DNA of 64,000 nt, taken from the NCBI RefSeq assembly GCF_964204645.1, contig NC_134030.1:2708778-2772777 (forward strand). Direction: 5' to 3'. Source of the stretch: Tubulanus polymorphus (taxonomy: Eukaryota; Animalia; Nemertea). The first letter of the stretch is position 1. Each line of letters starts with the position of its first letter. The notes beneath the pieces were generated by a model that saw only the letters and a program-made list of their open reading frames with translations, did no database searches and was not told the DNA's origin. Both the position numbers and the translations under genes were made by a program. Below, piece by piece: positions 48,387 through 61,012 of this stretch.

Positions 48387-48476
48387 ACTGACTCCTTTAC
48401 CTAACTCCTAACTACAGACTGACTCCTTTACCTAACTCCTATAACTACAGACTGACTCCTTTACCTAACTCCTAAT
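48387..48476. repeat. ~31-bp tandem repeat x3
   Basis: ACTGACTCCTTTACCTAACTCCTA..ACTACAG. Confidence 0.9.
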
Positions 48477-51400
48477 TACAATCATTTGGGACCGGTGTTA
48501 GTCGTTAGTTCGAACTAAGCTCTGAGAAATTATCTCGTCAAGATAATTATCTCAAGGCTCGAGAAGGCGATAATTCGAGTTAGGAAATGGAGTTGGAATT
48601 AGCTCAAATTAAGAACTAGAATGAGTTCATTTTCAATGAGTGAACTGACTCTAAACTGTGGAAATAAGTCCTGTATTTGCGTTTCGTCGGCAATAAAAGT
48701 TGTTTTTTTTGTTAGATCGGATAGTCATATCTCTCGGTCTGACTGGCACACGTTATACGACCGTTCTGTATTTTTAAAAACTGCCTCGTATTCGTATCTC
48801 AGTTCATGTGTAAAGTAATAAAAGCCCATTATCAGCCATTACCGTCATAACATGATAATACGACATGTATTCCTGACGCACGCACAGAATCCTCGGGCGG
48901 CAATTCCAGCAACGATCACTAACTATAGTACGTGTCGCAAACTCACGTATAATCTAATAATGATTTTGATATCAAAAAACAACGGCACTCGCTTGCCAGG
49001 GGTCTAGTTTCGCTCATCAGAACGGGAGAAGATGCGACCGGCCGCGTGTGTGTGTGGACTCTACGTACGTTCAACTGCGTGGCATTCGACCAGTCTTGTG
49101 GCGAGCCAGGATCCACCAGGTGTCGCTAGTGCGCATTCGGACAACGATGCCGGATTTCTTCTCAGATTCAACTATAGAATCCATCCATAATTTCACTAAT
49201 TCTATGAATGATGATTAAAAGTCTCGCTATGTATACAAACCCTGAATATCAATCTGAGTTTGTCAAGAGACACGATTTGCCAAAGATGTATGATGTGTAG
49301 GGGGCTAAGAATTGAAAATGAACTAAATTTTGGCGACCCATATATTCCTATCGATACGCACGTTTTAGTGGGTTGAAGCTAGTGGCACTGAGTGCTCATT
49401 ATTCCGTGTCCACGCGCGGCTACTTATCGCGTTGGTCATCGCCGCCGGTTTTGATTAATAAAATGTGACTATGTTTGATTTGATGTTGATGCGGTTAGTG
49501 TATTGTAGAAGCCTCTCAGATAATAGTCGCCTGAGAGGAAATATGAGTCGAGACATCGGTTCCAGCAGGATACAACGTACGCCGGATAATAAGCTGATTT
49601 CACGAGTCTCCGGTAAGAAGAGATATCCAGAAAGAAGTGAAAGCTTTAACGTATATTGAAATGGATGGAACGTGAATTTACAGGGGCGGAGTTTGACGGG
49701 AGCAAAACATAATGAAAAACGCATATACTGAAAAAGCGCAAGTATCCACGCCCAGCGAGCGTGAAGTCTGGAAAAGTCTGGAAAATGTCCAGGCACTATT
49801 TGACTGCTCCTCTATTAGTTGTGGGTGTTTTTGATTGCCGATGTTTTTCAAAAGGGCGCGGGGAAATTGAGACGAGAGCGCTCGCTCCTTGTACTCGCTC
49901 CGCCCTGTTTATGATAGTTCAATATCTTGTTCTAGGAAAACAACTAGTTTTCCACATCATCATAGTAACCGTTATCAATAAAATGCCTCGAGTGCAAATT
50001 ATTTCGCACCTCAACGATTTGTTTCACGCCTCGAGGATAAGCGCAGGTACTTACGCCGAATATACTAAAGAATCAAGTCAGTATAACGGCAAGTCAAAAC
50101 ACAAGTGTTCTCGCGTGACTCTAGTAATGAGGAAGTCTGATAATCACAAGGGTATATGAAAGAATGGTATTGAATTGTGATAACATTTTGTTACTTTCAT
50201 ATACAAGTTAATACAAGATAACTAAACAAACAATCACTGTATTCGTGTGTTTTATTTCTATACCATACAAGAAGCATTACAAATGTTTTCTATACAGGGC
50301 AAACTGGTGGCAATAACTGCAGCATTACGAACGATTTGTCCGAATATACGTGTATCAGACTCGATTGTAATTCATGTTCCGCATAAATGATATAAATAAC
50401 CGCATAAAAGGTATATACAAAAATCCGCTCACTTATACAGATTCCAACTCATAATGATGCTTCTAGTTTTCCTCGTTCCTGATGTTGAATACGTGGAGAC
50501 TATTACTATGGCTTTACACTCCTGACGTCACTGAAACATTATAGTCGAAACGATGAAAATAGATCCCGTAGATCAATACTAATTAATTTTGACCTCGGCA
50601 TTTAAACACATTGGGACATTTTGCCCCCGTCGTGTGGAATGTAAAAATAAATACCCTACCCCAACCCCTCCGGGATATTGACTCTCTCCCAGCGCATTCA
50701 AAGCCAACCGCGACACGTTACTGTGCAAGCCATCAGTTTCGGCAGAGCACCTTTGATAGTAGTTGTAGTATTTCCAAGGCGCTACATTCATAATACTATC
50801 TCAATCTAGGGGTAAGATCTGTGGGAGTGTTACCAAACATTTTCAGGGAAAATTTATAAAATGGTTTTGTCCTGCTGTGTCAACTTTTTATTGGTATCTC
50901 TGACAAGATCACGCCGTTTGTCTTACATAAATTGCTCTTTTAAAGGTTTTTTCTGCAAATATGTATGTAACCTTTTTGAAAGAATAGCCTTTAAACAAGA
51001 ATGGGTTTTCAAAGTTAATAAGTGTTTTATGGAAGTCTCAGAAGATTCCGTGGTTCCGCCGGCAACACGCGTTTAGTTCCAGAACATTCAGAAAATCGTC
51101 GCTCAATATTCAAACTTTCCGATCAATCGAAACAGAATTTTCTGATCGAAGATGGAAGGAAGTTGTTTGTTGATATTCTATTTGATACGTCGTGTGATAT
51201 TTATAGGCTTTCTGCAGGTGGAGACATCATTTTGGAAACGAGATATCATTCACGGTGGGTTGTATTTCACGAATTTCTTTTCGTGTCGCAAACATCGACA
51301 AGTCTACCCTCCGCGCGATCATTAAAAACACCGATTTCTATTCGACATTTTGAAGCCGATCAGAATGAAATGTAAACGCCAAGGGGGAGACTAGGGTAGA

Positions 51401-54264
51401 GAAAAACTTATGCGTCGTAGAGTGGATTTTTACCGTTCATGAAGATACCAAATTGATCGTTTCATTACCGTAAATATCGATAAGTTGAGACAGAAAGAGG
51501 GAGGGGGATTGGGAGAAAGAAAGAGGGAGAGGGATTGGGAGGGAGGGATTGGGGAGATAAAAAGAAAATCATAGTTAGAATAAAACGAACGACAAGGGCT
51601 ATTGAGATGAAGGAATCTCGGGGAGAGAGCCACAGAGCGAGTTGAGTTCCCCGGGGGAGGGAGACACACATCGCACAGAACAAAGCAGGAAATGAGATGA
51701 AAAACCGTCGTCCACATGTGTGTGACCAACTCCCGACGGCGCCAAGATCGATGCAACACTGAATATTACATATATATGTAGAAATATGCTCATATTTTCT
51801 CGTTGTCTTGAAGAGTGTACGAAAAAAATATTTATTCATACAGTAAAAAGCAACTCCTAGAGGTATAGACGAGTTTAAGTCATGGCCAGCGCGGTACCCC
51901 TATGAATAAAACGTCAATGAGCTAAAAAGCTTTCCCTCTTCGCAAATAAACCGCTTTGACTTTGACAAATCGAAACGTGCTTCGACTAGATGACTAACTC
52001 AAGCGTATGTGACATCGGTGACATCCCAGTGGAAGGCGATACTTGAAGACTTATTTTACAAACCAAAGACAGTATCGATGTTTGATTTACATGTGAATAT
52101 AGGCTCTATTTTACGACAGTCGAGATTATGATTATCGTCTGTCGAATGACGATCGACGATCATCGTCTGTCGAATGACGATTATCGGATGAAGTTCATGT
52201 TTAAGCGATCGTGAAATATTCGCATTAAAACTTCTTCGAGAAGAATTAAATCCGTTTACAAAAACCGATTCCTTCATTTATACCCCGAGAGAATAAATAT
52301 CGTTATGTCAATACGATTCAACAGTTGAAATCGTGACGCCGATTTTCTGTAATGCAACATGAACGCAAAGAAACGCAAGCACTGAAGATAAATAATGAAC
52401 GACATTCGCAATAAATTTAGGAAATGTTCTAGAAACAAAGTGCGTCTGAAGGTTGGTTTGAGTGCAGGATGGAAGACCGAGGGAGAGAGCAGGTATTCAC
52501 TACGATGGCAGCTACACCAGTGAGTTAAAATCTGGCCCCGAATTGCGTACAACGTTTCATCAATAGATAACATAACCTTGAATAAAGTTCCTGAAGTAAT
52601 ATAGGACCGGTTCAGTTTTAATTAAAGAAAAATGCAATTATATATTTCTGCTCGTCTATACAGATTATGACGAACACGTAATATTCATTTGTGGTTTAAT
52701 ACTGCGTGCATGAAACGCGACACCAGTGAAATAACCATCAAAGAACGTCGCTTCATTGTGATTTATGAAACGGAATATGAAACATTGATCATAAGAATTA
52801 CGGAATCTCCGCCTCACGACATGAATCGACTCGAATTCACTTGAAGTCCTGATACGTGCTTTCACCGCGCTCATTTGACGATTTCGAGACACGAAAAAAG
52901 TCCGTCGCGGTGAACCGCGAATTTATTTAATTGGAGCATTAATAGTTCTTCGGTGATCACGCAAAGAAACCTTCGGCGCGATTGGGAATACGGAACCGCG
53001 AGTCGGAGTAGTCGAGTGTAGCTCGGTGTAGGAAATTTAATGGAAAAAGACGTGTCTTCATTAAGGTTTGACATTTTAACAAGCATTAAACATTCCACCG
53101 TCTCAACAGCTGCTGACGACACGCCCGCCTCTGACCTTGACCTTGCTGGGAAACGCGTCAGCAGCCGAACGAACTAGAAAGCATCCAAAGTCTTTAGAGA
53201 TGACAGATCTAAAAACAAGAAAATCTTTGAAACCTAGTAGCATTAATGATTAATGTCAAGACTCGGGTTTTCTTTTCAGGTGATTTGTTTTTCCTAGACT
53301 CTGAGAGATCCAGTCCTGACAATCGCAGCCAATATCAACAGACATTTTTAAACATTGTCCCGTGGCCTATTGTTTACAGTTTGTACAAAAAAAAAACACT
53401 ACTGCAACAATAATTCATCACAGGAGCTTTTGAATGAAATTTAAAAAAAAGAACATCATGAATTGTTAATATATGGTAACACATTCGATAACCTGACACA
53501 ATACTGAATATTTGCTCTCAAAATACGATGTTTTCCCTTTTAATTCACGTCATGTAGTACAATAAACTGGTTTTATCTCAGCCGCTCGGAAAAGCAAATA
53601 TGATCGTATATGAACCTATATAAAACGGCTATAGCGCCACTGTATTGAACCCATACATCAGCGGATACCGGCAGATTACTCCAGATCACATAAAATATAA
53701 CATTGAGAAACCATTAAGGGCAATGTCGGTGATTAATCTCGGCTTGTTCTACACGGTATAAATTGATAGCAGAGCGCAAAGATTGTTTAGTGAATCTATG
53801 ATTTTAGAACACAAGTTCAATCGAACCAACTCCCGTATATCAGTTACATATCCGTCACAGAGAGGCTCAGAAAGGTCTCCTCAATCTTCCAACGAAATAT
53901 ATTGTTTCAATTAACTCCATGTCTCGATGAAAACTTTACTGGAAGAAGAATTAAACGACAGCGTCAAAACCTAAAGTTATAATGGCCTGACAACGTGGTA
54001 GATAAAAAAAAGGTTACATCTCAAATAATGACGCCCTTCACCTTTCTGTAAGATATAACCGTTTCAATCATCTTAAATCTTGATGAAAACTTTGATGAAT
54101 GACAAAAGATCTTTATTCATCATTCGTCGTAACCTCAACTCACTGAGAGTGGTGTGACAATGTTTGGATATAGAAGCTTACACCAAAGGCATCGCCTTCT
54201 CGTGAGATATATTGTTTCAATTTTAAACTAAACCTTAATGAAAAACATCTTAACAACCATTGAT

Positions 54265-54385
54265 CCACGAAGAGATGACTAGGATAAACGTCGAATGAAT
54301 TATCAGCTCAGGAAACATTTTTATTTTCAGTGTGAGATTTTGTATCATCGTTACAACACGGACTCAGAGTGTTTCATCAATGGTG
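54265..54385 (+). mobile_element. Decayed family-A pLTR fragment with intact tail hairpin
   Basis: GAAGAGATGACTAGGATAAACGTCGAAT...ATCGTTACAACACGGACTCAGAGTGTTTCA, matching the tail at 5948-5977. Confidence 0.55.
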
Positions 54386-55113
54386 ATCAGTCGCCTCGTA
54401 TGCCTCGTATTTCCTGTATTCTTTGTTCTGTGAGGGCTTTTTCGGGACTTCGCAATCTAACTAACACCATCGTACGGTATAACTATCGAGGAAATTACAA
54501 TTTCTTCAAATCTTGACTTTCACAATATACACCGTTATATTACCATACATTGTTTATATTTTAGTTCATGATAGTTTACACACGTTGGTCGTCGCAGCTC
54601 TGATATACGCAGCTCCCGTGTAGAAGTAGCGAATACCGAACTCAATCACAGAATAATCCAGCGCCTGATCCAAGTATGTACAGCGGAGGAAATTAACTCA
54701 CGAATTCATTAGGGAGCCACTTTTCTTTTTGCACGAGGAAAGAAAAAACAGCGCCTCTAATAATTGGGCGGCGGTGTAAAAAAAGTGTCGACCAAATCTC
54801 GGCGTTCGTGTGAAATTACGCGGCACCGAATCAAAAGAAAAGGCGATGAAATTTTCGCTGATTTGCAGCCGTGGGAATAAAATTCAATTTTGTTGTAGTT
54901 GAATAAAAGTGAACAGCTGAACACTGAACTGCTGTAGAGGTGGCAGGTTAGTTAACATCCCAAATCCGTCAAAAAAGGCGTGGCGAGGAAGGAAATAGAA
55001 GATAGAATCCATCTCGCAGATCCCGATGCTATCGGTCTCCAATGGGAAGTTGCTGGGATTCGAGTCGATTGCGTAGAACTAGTTCTCGAGACCGAGGCCG
55101 AATCGAACTCTCT

Positions 55114-55295
55114 CAGGCTGCTCGTTTCACTCTGCGGAGTACTCCAAACAGTGCCATCTAGCGGAATTCTCGCTGCCCCACCAAATTTTGTGAAGTAGCA
55201 GAGTGGCGTCTGAAAGAGTCACGTGACCTGTTCTAGTGTATTTCTTTGCTCCGCACAGTGTTCGGAGTACTCCGCAGAGTGAAACGAGCAGCCTG
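55114..55295. mobile_element. MITE with 32-bp perfect TIR
   Basis: CAGGCTGCTCGTTTCACTCTGCGGAGTACTCC at 55114-55145, reverse complement at 55264-55295; TCT on both flanks. Confidence 0.8.
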
Positions 55296-56369
55296 TCTGA
55301 CTTTCTACTGATGACCGCTAATATCGGGATTCGAACCCGCTGACCCTCGATTGACAAGACCCGATGGCTCATTGCACCTCAGTAGTTTTCTTTTATGTCG
55401 TGTGATTGAATAAGTGGACAGAGCGGTAGTTAGCTTAGTTTACCATTCCCCTCGCAGATACTGCATTAGGTTGTTGATTGCTTTGATCTAAGTTCGGTCC
55501 ACTGTTCGTATTTCAACGAGCTATGTCATGTCTATACATGATCAAAACCAGAGTTGAGTAAGGCGCTTACTTTCACGATTTCAGCGGCGACTATCAGAGA
55601 AGAGATTACGGCCAAATCGATGCTGAAAGTCTTCTAATATTTAGTGGTCATAAAATGAAATGCCATAAAATCTACAAAAAAGCAAAACAGCAGAAAATCT
55701 GTGGGATGATTTCTGCCTGGGTCGTCACTCGATGGAAGCCAATCACTATATGTCTCCAATCTACAGACAAATCTTACGAATCCTGTTGACAAAATTGGCT
55801 CCGTGTGAAATAACGTTATCAGATCGGTGATAAAGTGTGTATATATATATATATACACACTGGGGATTGACTCTTTCCGAAAAACAGATTTATAAGAATA
55901 ATAACTGTCAGGGAAGGGTATTAGGTTGCATAAGCCTCTTTAAGAAAGGATGGATCGGTGTGTGAGAGAAGAGGGAACCGTATCCTCCCGAAACGATAGT
56001 CGTATATTCTCCAAACCAATACGTCAATTGCTTGACCGTTTATCCAACAGTCGATATAGTGTAACCTAGAATAAAGGAAAGAAATTGGAAACCAATATTT
56101 ATCGGGATATGTGCCGAATATGGAGGGATAATGCCGGCTCTTTTTTCATCGGGAAGTAGCTCTAAAATATAGAATTACAGACTTAACCTTGATCTCAATA
56201 TGCAGAGCGGGTATACGTGCTAAATCATCATCTCAAACTTGCTGGTTCAATTTGAATCGAGAGTCAAATTGGATCATTTCCAATGTTTTGAGTCTAGAAG
56301 ACTCGCAACACTGTGAACCGTTAGAAGCGACCAATTGAGAAAATCTAGATGAAAAAGGGAGTCCAAAAA

Positions 56370-56437
56370 GTTTCATTGAGCTAGTAATTCATTTCGACGT
56401 TTTGACTACAATATCCTAATGGTCATCTTCAGGAATA
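56370..56437 (-). mobile_element. Decayed family-A hammerhead/pLTR fragment
   Basis: Reverse complement reads TATTCCTGAAGATGAC..GTCAAAACGTCGAA (GAAA mutated to AAAA). Confidence 0.6.
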
Positions 56438-56706
56438 CTCTTTAAGAAGTTTATCGAACACACGGGATGGTGGCGCTGCTTTCAGGGAGTGATAGTGAGA
56501 TTATGTGACAGCGCGAGTTGTTTTTTTCCCTCAGTTCTAACGGCTAACGACTGAACAGCTTACAATGAACACTCGGGTCGTTAGCAAATAGCTAATGTAT
56601 AATCCCCGATTAGAAATAGTAGTCACGTCAGACATGTTTGAGTGTATAGACAGCAGTGACGGGAAATAGATGACCAGGTACAGAGAACTACACAGTACAC
56701 GTAGTT

Positions 56707-57065
56707 GTGCACTTACTGTAATCAGCTAGGAGGGAGAGGGGCGCGGAGTGAGAGGAGGGGGCGAGCGGGGGGGGAGAGAAGTGAGGATAGACATAGAGGA
56801 GAGGGCGAGCGAGGAGAGGGCGAGGTGCACTTACTGTAATCAGCTAGGAGGGAGAGGGGCGCGGAGTGAGAGGAGGGGGCGAGCGGGGGGGGGGGAGAGA
56901 AGTGAGGATAGACATAGAGGAGAGGGCGAGCGAGGGGAGGGCGAGGTGCACTTACTGTAATCAGCTTGGAGGGAGAGGGGCGCGGGGTGAGAAGAGGGGG
57001 CGAGCGGGGGGGGGAGAGAAGTGAGGATAGACATAGAGGAGAGGGCGAGCGAGGAGAGGGCGAGG
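56707..57065. repeat. ~120-bp G-rich tandem repeat x3
   Basis: Units start GTGCACTTACTGTAATCAGCT at 56707, 56825 and ~56946. Confidence 0.92.
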
Positions 57066-57671
57066 GGAGGGGAGTGGTGGCAGGCGACGGAGATGTTGTC
57101 ATCTTCTACCTATTCTTGCGCTAATTATTCTGCACGATACTGAATTATTCATATAAATCTCGTTTATTATCTCGATTCTCGCGCTGGAAAAGTACAGATT
57201 TTTCAGCGATAAAAACACTTATGCACACAACACAACCGCGGGCTTAAACACAACGCCTAAAACTCATGAATATCAAAAAAACAACAACAACAAAAAAACA
57301 ATAGATTCAATTGCAAGAGTAATTTCCCCTCAATCTGTTGTGTGTGGTGGTTTACACCTATACTTTATACTATGGATCTTTTCGTTAAATTTAGAAGTTT
57401 TTGTTTCAGTTGTGTTCGGATATCGAGCACAAAATCTATACCGAAAACGCTTCGGGGAATAATAAACGTGCGCGCGACTTTCGGCGTAAGTTTTTATGTC
57501 TCTCGGTGATGAACCTGGCATTGATGGTATCAGTTCTGAACTCAACGCGGAAACCTCTCGTGGCGTGAGGAATTTTAAACCGCAAGAATATATATATATT
57601 TTTTATAAAGAATATCCCACGATACAAATGAAGAACGATTTCCTTGAGCTGATGATATACTATATGACTAT

Positions 57672-57896
57672 GAGGAGAGAATCCCACAATGATAATAAAA
57701 AGTCCGAAAATGAAACTTCGAGATAGTAGTTTATTCAACGTTTCGACTATATCCTAATAGTCATCTTCAGGAATAGGATATAGTCGAAACGTTGAAATAA
57801 ACTACTATCTCGAAGTTTCATTTTCGGACTTTTTATTATCATTGTGGGATTCTCTCCTCATCGCGTCAACACGGATATAGTGTTCTACCTATCGTA
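57672..57896. mobile_element. Penelope-like fold-back insertion (family A, young)
   Basis: Arms 57670-57756 / 57774-57861 (one indel); 35-nt tail 57862-57896; 13-bp direct repeat ACTATATGACTAT at 57659-57671 and 57897-57909. Confidence 0.85.
57732..57775 (-). ncRNA. Minimal type I hammerhead ribozyme motif
   Basis: UAUUC-CUGAAGA-U-GACUAU(uaggau)AUAGUC-GAAA-CG-UU^GAAUA; 5-bp stem I. Confidence 0.85.
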
Positions 57897-58048
57897 ACTA
57901 TATGACTATACTATACTATACTATACTATATTATACTTTACTATGATATCTAATCCGACGTTTCGATTACAGTCGTTTTCACAGGAATCATATACTTATG
58001 ATAAATACCCAGGGCCCGGTAGCAGTCGTGACTTAGATTGAAGACGAG

Positions 58049-58193
58049 GGCTGGGTTTCATAGATGTGGAAGAAAAATAGTCCCTGGGAACATTTTGAAA
58101 TTTCATTTTATCATTGTAACTATGTTGGTTGTCACCCAAATTGAGGATTTACCCCCAGGGATAACTTTGATACCCAGTCTATGAAACTGGGCC
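58049..58193. mobile_element. MITE nested inside another MITE (58013-58299)
   Basis: Same family as 23296-23456. The outer element has TIR-like ends GGCCCGGTAGCAGTCGT / ACGACTGCGCAACTGGGGCC and resembles 3765-3842 in reverse. Confidence 0.7.
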
Positions 58194-58768
58194 CAGGCTA
58201 AGACCGACTTAGTTCTAAAGCCAATTCAACGAGTTAGGACCAGTCTTTGCATTTAAGACCACTTTTGGACTGGCGGTTTACGACTGCGCAACTGGGGCCT
58301 AGAACAAAGTGAAGTAATCATCATTTTGTTAATATTCCTGAAAATGGTTATAGCCAAGAAACAACATCGAATAAACCTGAAGGGAAGTCGTTGTTTCTAT
58401 GAGGTTAAGATCATTCATTGTTGTGTGCCGTTCCGGTGCAAGGCTTCATTTATTCATAACAGATATTCGCGGGTAATTAGACAGGCTTTGTTGTTCTGAT
58501 TTCACTCTTCGCGTTTCTCTTTTTTTCAGAGAGCACTCGACGTTTCGGATATAAATTATTGATGGAAAAGATACGACGAAACGTTGTAGCCACATTCCCG
58601 AGGGGATCGTCATAACTTTCACTGCGAATATTCAAATTACCCTCGTTTATCCTTATGCGGATTATCGATGATAATATTTCGTTATCATCATTTCTAATCA
58701 TATCAAAAATAGAGTAATTATACCGTATCTTAATTGGGTCTGAACTTTTGAAAAAATGAATATAACTG

Positions 58769-58876
58769 GACCCAGTTCCACAGTTGTGAGTTAGAGTTAA
58801 CTCTGAGTTAAAATTAGTTCATTTTCAATGAGTTAACTCAGGGTCAAACTTTAACTCCGAACTGTGGAACTGGACC
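58769..58876. mobile_element. MITE with CTG target-site duplication (Harbinger-like)
   Basis: 17-bp TIR (15/17) G..CCAGTTCCACAGTT; CTG at 58766-58768 and 58877-58879; related fragments near 1655, 34970 and 48600. Confidence 0.75.
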
Positions 58877-60181
58877 CTGAAGTCAATCTAAGCAGCTTAT
58901 AATTAAATCTAAAAATTGCCTATGCATTTTATGTCAAAGCCTTGACTGTGTTATATACCCCCGAAATTCCTACGTTCGGAATAATGCCTCTACACTAAAC
59001 TATTCTCACCTTCTAGATTCAACAACAAATACGAGAATGACGTCGATTTCTAATATCGCAGCGGCGGCAGCGGCATCATTTCACTGAGAAAAAATCCGTC
59101 AACTTTCTAATAAATTCCTGAGACGTCAATCTATGACGTGTTGTGTAGTCTGCGACTGTGGCATCTCTCTTAGCTTGCAGACGACAAGAGCGTGCCGAGA
59201 GAGCGTGCCGTCCGTGCCGACGTCTTCCTTCACTCACTTGCCGCTATAGTTACCAATTTCTCATTAAAGTGGAAAGCAACCAACACAAAATTAATATTTC
59301 AAACTTCTAAGATGTATACGAACGTCTGAAGCCCGCGCGTTGACGGTGAAATAGGTAAATATGACCGACGAGTAATATTGTATCTAAAATGAGAATCGTC
59401 GGCAACAGGTGAAGTAAAGTAATTTCGAGATTACTTTTTGGAGGCAGGAAATAAACTTTTGTGTCGCCGGTAGATCAAAGAATAACCCATATATATATAC
59501 GTATGGGAGAGGTTATGGGAGACGTCTTAGAGGCAGAGAGTTAGAAAGGGGAGTGAGAGGATGAGGGTCTGGGATACAGAATGAGATGAAGGGGATCTGA
59601 GAGGGACCGGGAAAGAGGGTCAATGAATGGGATATAGGGAGTGAGGTGATAGGGTAGAATCGGGGACGGAGAAAGAAGAGAGGGAAGAGTTTGTGGTAGA
59701 GAGAAGATGTAGAAGGGAGATTTGGAATGGAGAGAGAGAGAGAGGGAGATATCGATGTTTGTCTGTATCAGCGTGAAACCATCTGAAATTCCAATATCCA
59801 TTAATAACTCACTTTACAATTATTGCTCATTATCGAACACGATCCCATTCCGCGGAGCCCGCTGACGTCATTTAAACACTCGGCTGATATTATAACAATG
59901 GATAGATAATTTCCTCCAAGCGGCGTCGAATGAGAATTACCCCTCCACGGGAGGTAGGTTATACCGAGTCTCAGCGATGATTATTTCACTCGTTTGTGGT
60001 TCGCCGGTCCAATTGATTTATGATGATAATTGCATTAAATTGTTTTTATGATACTCGCTCGCCGTCTGAATAGCGCATCGCGTGCAACAGATAAACGCGA
60101 TTTATGGCTATTTGTCGGGAAAATCAGGCCTAGAACAATCCTCGCTTGCCAGAGTTTCTTGGACAGACAGGTTGCCTTCAG

Positions 60182-60289
60182 CGGCCACCAGTCTATGTAT
60201 TAAGCCAATCAGCAGCGTTTTTCACTGGAAGATTTGCTTTATAGCTACAACGTATCTAATTGGCTAGATTCTCTATAGACTGGTGGCCG
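60182..60289. mobile_element. Small MITE
   Basis: 15-bp perfect TIR CGGCCACCAGTCTAT; internal AGCCAAT/ATTGGCT. Confidence 0.6.
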
Positions 60290-60789
60290 TAATAAAACCT
60301 TGGCAAGTGAGGACAGTCTAGAATCGATACGCCAAACGTACTTAGGCAGAATGGGAGAAAACACGATATTTTATACACAAAGAAAACAAAGTTTTGATCG
60401 ATCAGAATTGTCGTATGTCGTTTGTCGTTTGGTTAATGATCAACGATTTGTCTTAGCATTTTGTCGTTCAGGCGGAAATCACCGAACAGCCTCAGAGCTT
60501 TAAGAGAAAGATCCAATTCAAATTCAATATCTTAACCAGCTATTTCTAGACTCATAGTTCAAACGAATGTTAAATGTGAATGAGGGGATATCATGTGAGC
60601 TTTCGGCATTTAAACTTTCACAGAGCAGGCTGCCCCACATTTTACAGGTGATACACGTATAAAATTAATGTCTTGATGTAAAACCTCAACAAACTTCGGA
60701 GTAGAATTGCATGAATACGATCCTCATCCGTAACATATACGGGATTAATAACCATTGATAAAACACTATACCCGCGTGTTATGGCGAAA

Positions 60790-61012
60790 ATTCCACAACA
60801 ATAACGAAATACAATGAAAATGTTTCCTTGAGCTAGTAGTTTATTTGACTTTCGACTATAGTAATTTTCAGGAATACTAGGTTACGTCATGGACGTATAG
60901 AATAGTTTATACGTCCATGGTTACGTAGACTGCAGACTATTCGAAACAAATAAACTACCAGCTGCGATCAAGGACTTCATATTGTTTCGTTTTTTATCAT
61001 GGGATTCTCTAT
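60790..61012. mobile_element. Decayed family-A fold-back with a 32-bp mini-element at its centre
   Basis: Imperfect inverted arms (GCTAGTAGTTTATTTGACTTTCGACTATAG / CTATTCGAAACAAATAAACTACCAGC) and TTCAGGAATA hammerhead remnant. Confidence 0.55.
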
